Shown here one piece after another: positions 36,492-49,690 of a stretch of 55,582 nt of DNA (position 1 is the stretch's first letter; every line of letters begins with the position of its first letter). Source of the stretch: Octopus sinensis (taxonomy: Eukaryota); contig NW_021833773.1 in the NCBI RefSeq assembly GCF_006345805.1, forward strand, positions 1 to 55,582, written 5' to 3'. A model generated the notes under the pieces. That model had not been told where the DNA came from. It ran no database searches and was given only the letters and a program-made list of their open reading frames with translations. The position numbers and the translations under genes were made by a program.

Positions 36492-38084
36492 GATATGTAT
36501 GTATATGTATATACATATATATGATATTTAATTGACATCGACAAAACTTAGAAGAGTAACGACGTCAGCCACCACAAAAGCAAGCCATGCTGCAGCAACA
36601 GTGACAGCAACTGCGACAGCAACACCAACGTGAACTTCAATGGAACGTGTAGAAAATTATAGTTATCGCATGTATCCCTCTGTCATCAAAATTCTCTCTA
36701 TATAGCCATAAATGATTTCAATATAAAATAACGACATAAAAAAAATCGATCGCTCCTTATGTGAGAGTTAAAGAAACTCTCTCTACTGTACATGATAAAG
36801 GCTCAAAGTATTCCGATCATCATAGACATTCGCGCGCGCGTGTGTTTGTTCTTCCTCTTCGTAGCATTCAAATATTATTTCACGTTGAATATATTGTCAA
36901 CCAATAAATAAAAAAAATAAAGATTAAAAAAGTAAAATAAAAAAATATATAAATAAATAATGAGAAATAGAAATAAATAATGATAAGTAAAAAAAAAGTT
37001 TAAAAATATAAATAAAAATAAATAATGCAGAATAAAAACAAATAATGAAAAATAAATATAAAAATAAATAAAAAATATATCCAGGGGGAGATACAGATTT
37101 ATTGTTACTATTGATGTCGTTAATTTTTTTTATACTTTATTTTATTTATATTACATTTATTTTAGCTTTGCTTTACATGTTTTTATATCTTTCAGTTTTC
37201 TTTCGTAGACTTATTCATAACTTCCATATAATCATGTGTTAACTATCTCTAATCGCTTTGAATTTGTATATTCGCCATGAAAGTCCGAATAACATTCAAT
37301 ATTCGCTAATATTTAACATGTTATATTATTATGCATTATACACATAATTATATATATCTGTGAGAGTGGATATATATATATGTATATAATACGCACATTT
37401 CTCTCTCTCTCTCTCTATTTATATATATATATATACTATATATATATATGTATAATATATACCGATGTATATAGAGATATATGTTATGTAAGTATTCTAA
37501 CATTTTCTTTTCCCAATAACATATCCTGCTTTATATCCTTATATCGTTTACCAATTCTGTTGAGGCTATTTCTTCTGGTTTAAGAGTAACGGAAAGTCAC
37601 GAAGTCTTATTCTCCGATTTAAACGTCATTGATTCTTACATGCATCTATTCCTGTAACGTTGACACTTAGAATAAAATACGATGGCCATTCATTCCATAT
37701 GAAATATATACCAAACATAAGAGATTGCTTTTTTTCGCTATTTTATCCTTCTTTAATTTTCCCTCATAGAATTTCTGGTGTTTCGAAACAGTTTCAGAGA
37801 GTATATTTGTATAAATATTACGAGTACAGAATTCACTTCCTTTTGTGTGACATGACAATTTCCAATGAAGTGGTCTGTGAATGCAATATCAGGAGAACGG
37901 CGAACATTGAAGGAAACTGAGCAGTTATATATAACTGAATTTACTAACTTCTAAACGATTCCATACATATCTACCGCTCAGACAATTAAGGCGTGCATAT
38001 AAATAAACGAGAAAGCAGACATACGCATAGCAACCGCACACAATCACTTGCGCACATATATATATATAATATATATATAATATA

Positions 38085-38122
<38 letters not shown>

Positions 38123-38248
38123 TATATGTAATATATATATGTATATATATATATATTATATATATATTGATATATATGTATGTATATATTGTATATATAG
38201 TCTGAAACTCACAAAACAATGTATCTACAAATATGTAAGTATGTGTTC

Positions 38249-38281
<33 letters not shown>

Positions 38282-38978
38282 GTGTGTGTGTGTGTGTTTA
38301 GATTTATGTGTGCGCTTCAGAAGCTACTCATATTTATTAAGAAACGTTGTTCTTCAATAATGTCCTACCACAAACCTGTAGTTGCATATTATATAGAAAT
38401 TATATGCCCGTTTCCCTATATTTCTGTCTCTCTTTCTCTCTCTCTCTTTTTATCTATCTATCTCTTTTTCCACTTCCCCCTCCGCCATATATACATATGT
38501 ATGGATAAACAGACGAAGAGAAAGAAAGAGATAGACAAAATAGAGAGAGAAGGAGAAGGACAGAGAGAGATGCATGTCTATACATTTGTGTTTATATACA
38601 CATATAAATATATATGCCTATGCTTAAGTATATATATGTAAATATGTGTGTTTGAGTACATGTATAGATACAAAGCTGCTTCTTCTCTCTCTCTATATAT
38701 ATATATATATGTATATAGATGTGTTATATATATATAGATTATATATATATATGTATATATATATATATGTAGGTATATATGTATATATATGTATATATAT
38801 TATTTGTTTATATATATTTAGATAATATATATATATATATAAGGATATATATATATGTATGTATATATGTATATATATGTATATATATAGTTGATCTATA
38901 TTTATATATATATATTATAATATATATATATAATATATAGATATATATATTATATAGATAGATAGATAGATAGATAGG

Positions 38979-39023
<45 letters not shown>

Positions 39024-39024
39024 C

Positions 39025-39066
<42 letters not shown>

Positions 39067-39479
39067 TATTTAGGATTTCTTGGCATGCATTTTCTTCTTA
39101 TACATGATCTAATGTGACTTCATGTGATGAATGATAACGATGTCTTAAATTATTCAAAGAAACAAATTTATGACTGTAAAAATGCCTACTCCCAGAGCAG
39201 TTCATTCGCATATCACTAAGGAACTCAGGATCTCCGAAGAAAAGGGCAGGAAAGAGAGAGGACCTAGCGCAGTTGAAAAACCTAAAACCAAACCTAATGC
39301 CGTTTATCTATTTGCGAATACGCTTCGCTGGCTGTGGTTACAAATATGGGTACTTTTATGGCCTGTAGTCAGACCCTACAGACTCTAACTACAGACCCTA
39401 TAAGTATAGATGAATTAATCTGACTACAGGCCCTATAAGTATAGATGAATTACTAAGTAAAAGACTCCAAATTGTTTTC

Positions 39480-40680
39480 AATCCCCAAACGAATAAGCCA
39501 ACTTATTTGCATCGCAGCTCTGAACACTCACGCGGCAGCAAGCACCAGTTGCATCGGCTGAAAGGCGAACGACGTGCCATTGACTATTAATGAGATGAAT
39601 TTGAACTTTTAAAGAAGGTCAGGAGAGCGCTGACAAAATCACTGCAGATACATTTTTAGAGCACCCTTGCATGTTGCAAACTTCCCTAGCAATTACAAGT
39701 AAGATTAATAAGCGTTACCCATAACAGAAATCCCTGAAAACATCCCAAAATTTATAGACTTTTCCCTCTGAATGCACATATTTACAAAGGCAATCGTGAA
39801 TGAGAACTACTGTCTTCCATGAAGTAGGACCCTCACACAGCTATGTCAACAATACAACTAGGTATTGAAAGAAACGCTGAAGCATTTAAATGTACTGGTG
39901 ACATATCTCTAATTTGCAAAGACTTTCGGTAATTCTGTTCACCAAATCTCCCATAAACTTTGCAACATCGACGTAATTAGAAAACACCATTTTAAAAATA
40001 TGATTTACTAGCAGTATCGCCCGGCGTTGCACGGGTTTGTTTCGACCCTTTAAAATTGGAATTTTTCAAAAGTAAAAACTTTGCATCATATTATTCTCTT
40101 TAAGTGAACATTTTTCTGGTTGAAATACGTGGAAAAATGGCGACACAGCAGTGAACAAAATCGTAAAAAATATGTATTTTCATAGAAAAAAAGCACCTTT
40201 TTGATGTAAATAATTTTTGGTGTTAACATGGTCCAGTTTGAATTTTTTCTTCTACGGCAGGAAGAGCAAGCCTTCTTCTATCATACTCTCAATTTTGGTC
40301 AACTTGCGCCGCAGGGTCTCGGAGGAGATTATGTTAGTTGAAGGCTACCAAACCTGCCGTACACGGACAACTTCAGCTTTATATATAGAGATATTTAGTT
40401 CCAGTCAAAATAATCTGTCTGAAGAGTGAACAATAATAAGGAGAGTATCTTAACAAACTCTACTGGGAACATTAAAGTTTGTGGTGATTCTGTCAGCTAT
40501 ACATTGAGACAATTCCAGCGGCTACTCGATGATATAAATCTATCACAGTCTTTCAAGAAATATTATGATAATGCAGAGCTGTGAAAAAAAAAAACAACTA
40601 AAAGCAATGTAGAAACTGATGAATATAAAATATATCTAAGCGTTGAAAAATTTCGGACACTCTATTTGGAAACAGAACAT
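39480..40680 (+). pseudogene. Old, heavily decayed CR1-group RT domain interrupted by a Helitron
   Basis: Plus-strand fragments LLKKVRRALTKSLQIHF*STL; PKIYRLFPLNAHIYK; SRTLTQLCQQYN*VLKETLKHLNVLVTYL*FAKTFG; and, after the Helitron, RRVS*QTLLGTLKF, YS/DDINLSQ, VEKFRTL. These are collinear with the RT at 24622. Confidence 0.75.
40008..40391 (-). mobile_element. Non-autonomous Helitron
   Basis: The minus strand starts TCTCTATATATAAAGCTGAAG and ends CCCGTGCAACGCCGGGCGATACTGCTAG. It sits at an A^T site. Confidence 0.87.
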
Positions 40681-41019
40681 TGGAAACAGCGTATTTACAG
40701 TATGAGATGTATTGTAATTCCGGAATTACTTATATTTGTGGTTGAGAAGACAAAGTGAAAATCGAAATCAAGAAGAGGATTTTCTCTATATTAGAGCGAC
40801 TGGCAGCCGAAGATGGGGAACGCAGTAAAAACGATTATTTTATCCCGTTTTCCCGTATTAAGACAAACGTACTATCTGTCTGTCTGTCTGCCTGTTTGAT
40901 TGTCAGCATGTGTTCTCCAGCTAACAGTATCTGAGTTAATCTACATCAGAATTTCAAAGTATTACATTACATGGATACCAGGGAGCATTGATTTGTCTGT
41001 GATAATATGTGCATAACAC

Positions 41020-41320
41020 TACATACATACATACATACATATATACATACATGCTTGCATGCATACATACATACATACATGCATACATACATACATGCAT
41101 ACATACATACATGCATACATACATACATGCATACATACATACATACATGCATACATACATACATGCATACATACATACATACATACATGCATACACACAT
41201 ACATACATACATGCATGCATACATACATACATACATACATACATACATACACACATACATACATACATACATACATACATACATACACACATACATACAT
41301 ACATACATACCTACATACAT
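41020..41320. repeat. (CATA)n microsatellite
   Basis: Read directly. A complementary (TATG)n tract lies at about 13695-13870. Confidence 0.95.
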
Positions 41321-41555
41321 ATGCACTCGCAAATATATGTACATATGTAAACGTACACATACGTATATGTATTAGTCTCTATGTCTGCTTGTGCCTTTAA
41401 ACATAATCGTTTCCGCTCACTTTCTGTCTCATTTCTCATACGCATGTACGAAACGTATGCACACATGCCTGGACATCGACTTTATTCTCTTCTATATATT
41501 TCATCTAGCATTCTCTGAAGATCAAAACACACGCATTCATACGCACACACAAACA

Positions 41556-41611
<56 letters not shown>

Positions 41612-41820
41612 GTGTGTGTATGTGCATATGCGTAGCTGAATGGTTACATACATATACATACATATATATATATATACACGTATACACACACACACACACA
41701 CACACATACACATATATTATATATATATATATATGCATTGGTTGACTTATGTAAAATTTAATATATATATATGTATATATATAAATGTGCATATGTGTAT
41801 ATATGTGCTGTGTGCGTGAG

Positions 41821-41852
<32 letters not shown>

Positions 41853-41878
41853 ATGCGTATGTGAGTGTGAGTGCGTGC

Positions 41879-41920
<42 letters not shown>

Positions 41921-42897
41921 CTGGATTCTCATTTCGGAACGTTATTTAAAAGTAAGACAAATGCATGTATATATCCTCAAAAAAATATACACAAGAGGCA
42001 ATCTGTAAGCAGGTGTAGGTTCGTTCACATTTCTATGGAAGAAAAAAGTATATACTAAGATGCAAATATGTGTATGTGTAATATTAAAGAAGGTGCGTAT
42101 GCTAGTGTATATGTATGTGTATTTGTGTTCGTAAATGCACACTCGTATCCGTTAATTTGGACATGTGTGAGTTAGAATATTGACGAACACGTATATGGAT
42201 GGCTATATGTGTGAGAGTATATGTCAGTGTACATTGGTGTATGTATGTCCGCGAAAATAGAGATACGAGTATGTGCGTAAATATGTATATGTATATATAT
42301 ATTCACATACACAGGCTTACATACACACACATACATAAATATATATAAGTATATATGTATGTATGTATGTATGTCTATATATATATATATATGTATATAT
42401 GTGTGTTTGTATGTATGGATATACGTGCGTGTGGAAGTACGTATGTGTATGTGTATGCATATCTGTGTTTAGAAAGAGAAAGTGAAAGTAGAGAAAAAAG
42501 TTTTTTAGTTAGGCAGTGAGGCATAATATTGTAGATCATTCTTCTGGTGTTTTATTGGATTTTCAATCCAACTAACTGCTCCTCAGGCAACTAAGTTTCA
42601 TCTACGAGCCCTTCCTAGCTATCACATGCACATGCGTTATTTTGCCACATATAAAAACATACCGCCTTGTCCCCCACCCTCTCTCTCATTCACACACACT
42701 CTCTCTCTCTCACACCTTGATGTTAAACACACGCGTACTCACAAATTCACATACGCAGTCACGCACGTATATATACCTGCGTATATGTACCTACACACAC
42801 ATATATATATTTATATATATACATATATATAAATGTATATATATATATGTATATTTATATATATATATATGCATATATACATATGTATATACATATA

Positions 42898-42929
<32 letters not shown>

Positions 42930-43139
42930 GGGAATACGCATTCAAAGTGCATTCTATTTGCCTCTCATTTTGCCTATCACTCATTGGTTGTCATTCTCTC
43001 TCTATACGTATACATGCATTCACACATACATACACATAGACGCACACGCACACACAGTTATGCGCATGCATAGAGGAGCACACACATATATGTGTGTGTG
43101 TGTGTGCCTATGGTGGTGACGGTAGCCGCAGTAGTGACG

Positions 43140-43536
43140 GTAGTGGTGGTGTCGGTGATGGTGGTGGTGGTGGTGGTGGTGGTGGTGGTGGAGGTGGGCG
43201 ATATTGTGGAAGTGGCGTTGCGTAAAAATCACCTAAAGCGATAATTACCAGACCAATTTCTAAGAATGCCACAGCAACTTAATCAGGCAGCAATACAAAG
43301 ACGGATATGAAGAGAATCCAATGTTAACCAAGACGCTATTGATGCTGGTGATGGTGATGGTGATGATGATGACGATGGTGATGATGATGATGATGAAGAA
43401 GAAGAAAATGAAGAGGATGAGGATGACGATAATAATAACCATAATATTAATAATAATAATATAATATAATAATAATAATATATAATACAATAGTAATAAT
43501 AATAATAATATAATAATAATAATAATAATAGTCATA

Positions 43537-43572
<36 letters not shown>

Positions 43573-43577
43573 TGATG

Positions 43578-43608
<31 letters not shown>

Positions 43609-43616
43609 TGATAAAG

Positions 43617-43689
<73 letters not shown>

Positions 43690-44260
43690 TAAAAATACCG
43701 TAAGTAACACTAAAAAATATCTGGCTAAATAGCTGCCTCCCCAAAAAAACAATTGCAATGCTACAAAGCACAAGAATTAAAAGAATGGTAAAAATAGAAT
43801 TTGATATGAACGGCAGAAATATACGGTATTAAAGAAGAGAAATAATCCTTCGGTAAATACCGTGCGCGTATACCGACACATGTAAGGATACGTGAGGAGA
43901 CATGCGCACATGTGCAGATGTGCAAAGCTGACATACACAAGTGAGCGTGTATTTCATACAGACGTTCTGATCCACTCACATACAGAAATACAAATGCATA
44001 TGTATGGAAGGAAGTATGCATTCACGTTTGTTCGTTCGACTATATAAATATATATATGTATGTGTGTGTATATATATATATATATATATACATATATATA
44101 CATATATATGTATATAATATGTATGTGTATATATGTATGCATATCTATATACACATGTATATTATGTATATACATATATATATATAATTATATATATAAT
44201 ATGTATACCTAGGTATATATATATATGTACATATGTACATATATATGTCCATATATATGT

Positions 44261-44321
<61 letters not shown>

Positions 44322-44430
44322 TATTTCTTTATGTATTTATGTATGTACATCTTCGTACATATATGTCTAATATATATATGTATATATATATATGCATATA
44401 TATATATATATTAAGTATATAATATATGTC

Positions 44431-44478
<48 letters not shown>

Positions 44479-45384
44479 AGTGTATATATACATGTGTATT
44501 TTTGTATGTTTATATGCGTAGATATATATATATATATATGTGTATATCTGTGTAACGTTTGTGCCACTTTTGTGGAAGACAAACTAGTGTTGATATATAC
44601 AAATGAAGGAATGAATGAAGGTAAGAATGAACGAGTAATGATTTCGAATTTCACGTGATGACGACGACGACGATGAATATGGTGATGATAACAACAACAA
44701 CCATAAGAACCACAGTAATACCGATGACACTAAAATAATGATAATAATAATAAGAATGACAACAACAAAAATGGTAATAAAAATAATCCCAACAACAACA
44801 ACCATTATATTATGATGACGATGCTGATGATGATGATGGTGGTAGTGGTGGTGGTGGTGGTGTCGATAATGATGATTTTGAGGTAGTTTTTTTTCATTTG
44901 CTACGGGTGGTGGGTGGTGGCGGAGGATGCGGTAGTACAATAATAAATAACGTTAATGATATCTGTAACAAAAGCCACGTCGTTATGAAGAAGAGAAGCA
45001 TCATTACGACACGAGGAATTAGATGAAGAAGAACAAATAGGTGGAGGGGGAGGAGGAGGAGGAGGAAAGAAAAAGATGGAGAAGTAAAAAGGAGGGGAGG
45101 AATAAGGAGCAGGGGGAAAAAGAACAAGGCGAGGTGATAAAAAAAAGCAAAAAAAAAAACCCAAAAAAGTAGATAGAAGCGTAGAAAGGGAGAGGCAAGG
45201 AAAAAAGAGGTATTTCGGTTGCTTAAGTACGGGCAGAGGTTAAAGTCACAATCACGATGGTATGCAGTTGTTGTTGTTGTTGTTAATATTGATATTATTA
45301 GTTTTATCATCATCATCATCATCATCATCAACATCATTATCATCATCATCATAATCATCATCATTATTGCTATTATTATTATCA

Positions 45385-45415
<31 letters not shown>

Positions 45416-45514
45416 TATTATAATTAACATTATTATTATTATCATTATTATCATTATTATTAATATTATTATTATCATTATCATTATTATTATCATTATT
45501 ATCATTATTATTAA

Positions 45515-45556
<42 letters not shown>

Positions 45557-45747
45557 CATCATCATCACTATTATTATTATATTACTATTATCAATATCAT
45601 TATTGGTATTAGTTTATCACTATTATCGTTATTATTATTATTAATATTATTTTCATTATCATTGTCATTCTTGCTCTTCTTGTTCTTGTTCTTGTTCTTC
45701 TTGTTCTTCTTGTTCTTGTTCTTTTTCTTCTTCCTTTTGTTCTTCTT

Positions 45748-45778
<31 letters not shown>

Positions 45779-45790
45779 TTATTATTATTA

Positions 45791-45840
<50 letters not shown>

Positions 45841-45860
45841 TTATTATTATTATCAACATC
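43140..45860. repeat. Cluster of GGT/GAT/AAT/CAT/ATT/CTT trinucleotide and TA/TG dinucleotide tracts
   Basis: Read directly. It is the source of many homopolymeric ORFs. Confidence 0.9.
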
Positions 45861-46354
45861 ATTGTCATCATAAATGTTGTTGAACTGCTTTTGTTTTAAT
45901 TATTCTTCTCTCCAAAATATCGTTGATGACTTCATTGCTGTCGCTCTTTAAGTTATCAACGGTTCTGTTAATGTCTCTTTTTGGTATTAAACTCGCGAGG
46001 GATTTAACAGGTAATCACAGCGACTGTCCAAAATGTTCATATTTTTTTCTCCTGCAATCATTGTCCAGCCGTAAGCGTTAATTGTGAACCAGGCATTAAT
46101 GAACCTCGTTCTGGATCGTAATAATGATTCTGGTGCCCGGATGTCAGCAAGGGAAATAGTGAGAATGGAGATTTAATAAGGAGATTGGAGAGAGTAGGGG
46201 AGATTTACTATGAAGTGAAAAACGTGATAGTGTTGACAGAGTGTTACTGAGATGGTTGAAGAGAAGACGTGTATGGGGAGATCTTTAGAAGGAATTCAAT
46301 AGCAGAAAATGAAACTTCACGTTGAAATATATTCTTTAACTCTTTCTTTCCTTT

Positions 46355-46450
46355 TTTCAGTCATTTCACTGCGGCCACGCTAGAGCACCATCTGAAGAGG
46401 TTTTGGTCGAACAAATCCGGCCCAGGTCTTATTTTTCTACACCAAGTACT
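46355..46450 (-). mobile_element. Decayed SINE group B tail
   Basis: TTTCAGTCATTTCACTGCGGCCACGCTAGAGCACC...GTCGAACAAATC resembles 6358-6415. Confidence 0.6.
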
Positions 46451-46553
46451 ATTATGGCAACCGGATAACTGTCATATATATTAGAGATAAATTCCTCTAT
46501 ATACATAATATCGAGATCTCTTTCATTTTTTTGTTGTCTTACCATTATTATTA

Positions 46554-46590
<37 letters not shown>

Positions 46591-48545
46591 TAAATTAGAG
46601 ATAAAATTACTATTAGGCAAATCAAACACTGAAAAACATAAACCAAAACATAAAAATAAATATGATTAATATAATATACAAAATATATAAAATATAAAAT
46701 TCAAAATTTAAATTATCTAAAATTAACATTTTTAATTTGTATTTATAGATTTTTAGTTTTTATATATTTTATTTTTATTTTATTTTTAAAAAAAAAATTA
46801 AAAATTTTACAATTGTTAAACGTTTAATTTTTTTAAAATAACTATCAAAAAGTATTAAAAAGTTTAATATAATATAATAAGTAAAACCACTACGTACGTT
46901 TCATGGCCATAACCCAATTCGAATTACAATAATTTAAATACAATTAAAATTCGAATTATAATTATAGTCAATCTTCAGGTTAATGATAATGGTTAAATAA
47001 AGAAGCAAATATATCTAAACAATATTTTTAAATAAACAAAATAAAATAATAATTTTTCTTATAAAAATAATATCAAATTAGAACCTTTAAATATTATGAT
47101 TATATATATATATATATATATATATATTCATATATAGGTGTGTATATAAAAGACATCTGTCTATGTATACAAATAATTATGTCATTTCTTATATACCAAA
47201 TATATTTTTTAGACTCTTACTTTTTTATTTTATTTATCTTTCCATTCTCCTCCCCATTTGTCAATTTTCCCGATCCCTAAAGAGGCCATGTCATTCTTGT
47301 CTCATTCTCTTCTTCTTTCTTGCCTATTTATAACACAGCAGCGTTTTGTTTTCTCTTACTGACACCAAGTTGAAAAATATTATTCGTAATGCCACGAAAT
47401 TGTAATGATCTTGGGTCGATAGCTGATGAGGGGTAAGCGTGCTCATTTTTTTAATGCGTGTTTTTTATGTTATATGTTGCCCTTCTTCAGCACATTTTAT
47501 GCAGATTTGTGTAAAATAAGAAACTGAGAAACTGCGACATATAAGCACTCGTGGGTATATGAAAAGAGAAGAGAATGATATAGGGATCGGGGAAGCAGGT
47601 AAAAACATGCGCGGAGGAGATTATGTTGAAATAAATATATTGACTTAAGTAGACCAAAGACACGCATTTAGAAACTTGACGATCTCTGTATATGCAATGC
47701 TTCTCCATCAACGAGGATCTCTTCTGGCGAACACACATCCTCTCGTACTATATTGTTTTCCATACCTCCGTCACTCCATTTATTATTATGTCCACAACTC
47801 TCACCTCTTAAGTTCGCCTCTCAGGTATTCACTCAGGATTTCAGGCACTCCTACACCCCCCAGAACTATTTATTATTCATTGTGTTCCACACCCGTTTTC
47901 TTATTATTTCCAAAACGCCCACCCTCTAATATCGCCTTTCAGGTATTCACTTAGGCTTTCAGGCACACGGAATTCTATATTCTGTGCATTTTGCAGCAAG
48001 CGCATTGACCACTGGTGACATACCCTCGTCCTCTTACTGCCGATCTTTAGTATCTAATCCAAGCAAATGTTTTTCCAGAAGCTGTCGATTTGAAGATATC
48101 TATAAAAGAATAGGTTTGATAGTGTCAGCATCTTTGGTCCCAAGCGACCCATAGAGAACATCTGACATACCCTTCCACCGGATCAAAACAATAAACGAAA
48201 TGATAGCAAAATATGAAGTGATATTTAAGGTACAACAAATTTAATGGACTGGATAATGGAGAAATGAGAAATAATTGGAGTTGAGCGAATAGGTTGTTTG
48301 ATTTTTCAGTTTTCTTCATATGTGTGTGCGTGCATGTGTGCAAATGTATGTGCACGAGTGTTTACTTGTATGTTTGTACTTCCATTTGAGTTTCTAGACA
48401 TTGAACGAAGAACGAGTAAGGAGTCATACAGAGGATGGGCAAAATGTTAATGAAAGATAAAAAATGAACGGAACAAGTGGCTCAGAGTTATGAAGAAACA
48501 AAGAAAGAATCAACAATCACTGTATAAGTTAGCATATTCATAAAA

Positions 48546-48838
48546 GGCGCAATGGCCCAGTGGTTAGGGCAGCGGACTCGCAGTCGTAGGATCACGGTTT
48601 CGATTCCTAGACCGGGCGTTGTGAGTGTTTATTGAGCAAAAACACCTAAAGCTCCACGACGCTCCGGCAGGGGGTGGTGGCGATCCCTGTTGTACTCTTT
48701 CGTCACAAATTTCTCCCACTCTTCTGTTGGCCTGCTCGCTTAGCCAGCGGGGTAGCGTCATTTGAAGGCTAAAACAATGTGAAGTGCATTGTGACCAGCG
48801 ATGTGTAGCAACATCTGAAAGCCTGGTCGGCCACGGTG

Positions 48839-48841
<3 letters not shown>
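48546..48841 (+). mobile_element. Full-length tRNA-Arg-like SINE group C with an alternative tail
   Basis: The head is GGCGCAATGGCCCAGTGGTTAGGGCAGCGGACTCGCAGTC...GGTTTCGATTCC. The core is shared with the 21930-22449 copies but the tail differs. Confidence 0.85.
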
Positions 48842-48887
<46 letters not shown>

Positions 48888-48985
48888 GCGCGTGTGTGTG
48901 TATACATGTGTGTATTTATGTATATATAGGTATATATATATATATGTGTGTATATATGTATGTATAAACGTACATTGGTATAAAT

Positions 48986-49223
48986 AAGGCGGCGAGCTGG
49001 CAGACACGTTAGCGCGCCGGGCGAAATGCGTAACCGTATTTCGTCTGCCGTTACGTTCTGAGTTCAAATTCCGCTGCGGTCGACTTTGCCTTTCATCCTT
49101 TCGGGGTCGATAAATTAAGTACCAGTTTCGCACTGGGGTCGATGTAATCGACTTAATCCCTTTGTCTGTCCTTGTTTGTCCTCTCTGTGTTTAGCCCCTT
49201 GTGGGTAGTAAAGAAATAGGTAT
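48986..49223 (+). mobile_element. Full-length SINE group A monomer
   Basis: AAGGCGGCGAGCTGGCAG...GTTCTGAGTTCAAATTCC...GTCGACTTTGCCTTTCATCCTTTCGGGGTCGATAAATTAAGTACCAG...GTAAAGAAATAGGTAT. Confidence 0.9.
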
Positions 49224-49589
49224 AAATATTTAGGTCTATATATGTCATTTGTGCATACAAGCAAAAATGTGAATGTAAAGATGTAATATATAAGTGTACA
49301 AACATGTAGCAGTGTTTAAAAAACGTAGAAATTATAAAATGGTTGAATTAGACTGACAGAGATTAAGTGAGACGGGGAAGAAAGAAATGAGAATGGGAGA
49401 ATGTTTATGATGTTTGTGTGTCTTCGAATTCAAGACTTCCTATTCTGAGTGTTTCAACCCACAAACATAAAAATACCTTTGCAGTGTTTAAATCAGTGTG
49501 TGTGTGTGTATGTGTGTGTATATGTGTGTGTGCATCTGTATGCGTATATATATAGACAAAAGGCGTATAGAGTTTTATGAATAACAAGA

Positions 49590-49690
49590 TGCATTAATTT
49601 GACGCTCGAGAAAGTGAAAAAGTCTTTTACGTTTCGAGCCTACGCTCTTTAACAGAAAGGAACGAGAGAAAATAAACAGAGAATAAAAAA
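49590..49690 (-). mobile_element. Short dispersed repeat with minimal-hammerhead architecture (putative PLE derivative)
   Basis: At 49659->49624 the minus strand reads CTTT-CTGTTAA-A-GAGC-GTAG-GCTC-GAAAC-GTA-AAAG. Confidence 0.65.

Noticed and set aside
39780-40007. PrimPol-like motif on the minus strand
   Set aside because: The plus strand of the same bases aligns far better and collinearly with the LINE RT.
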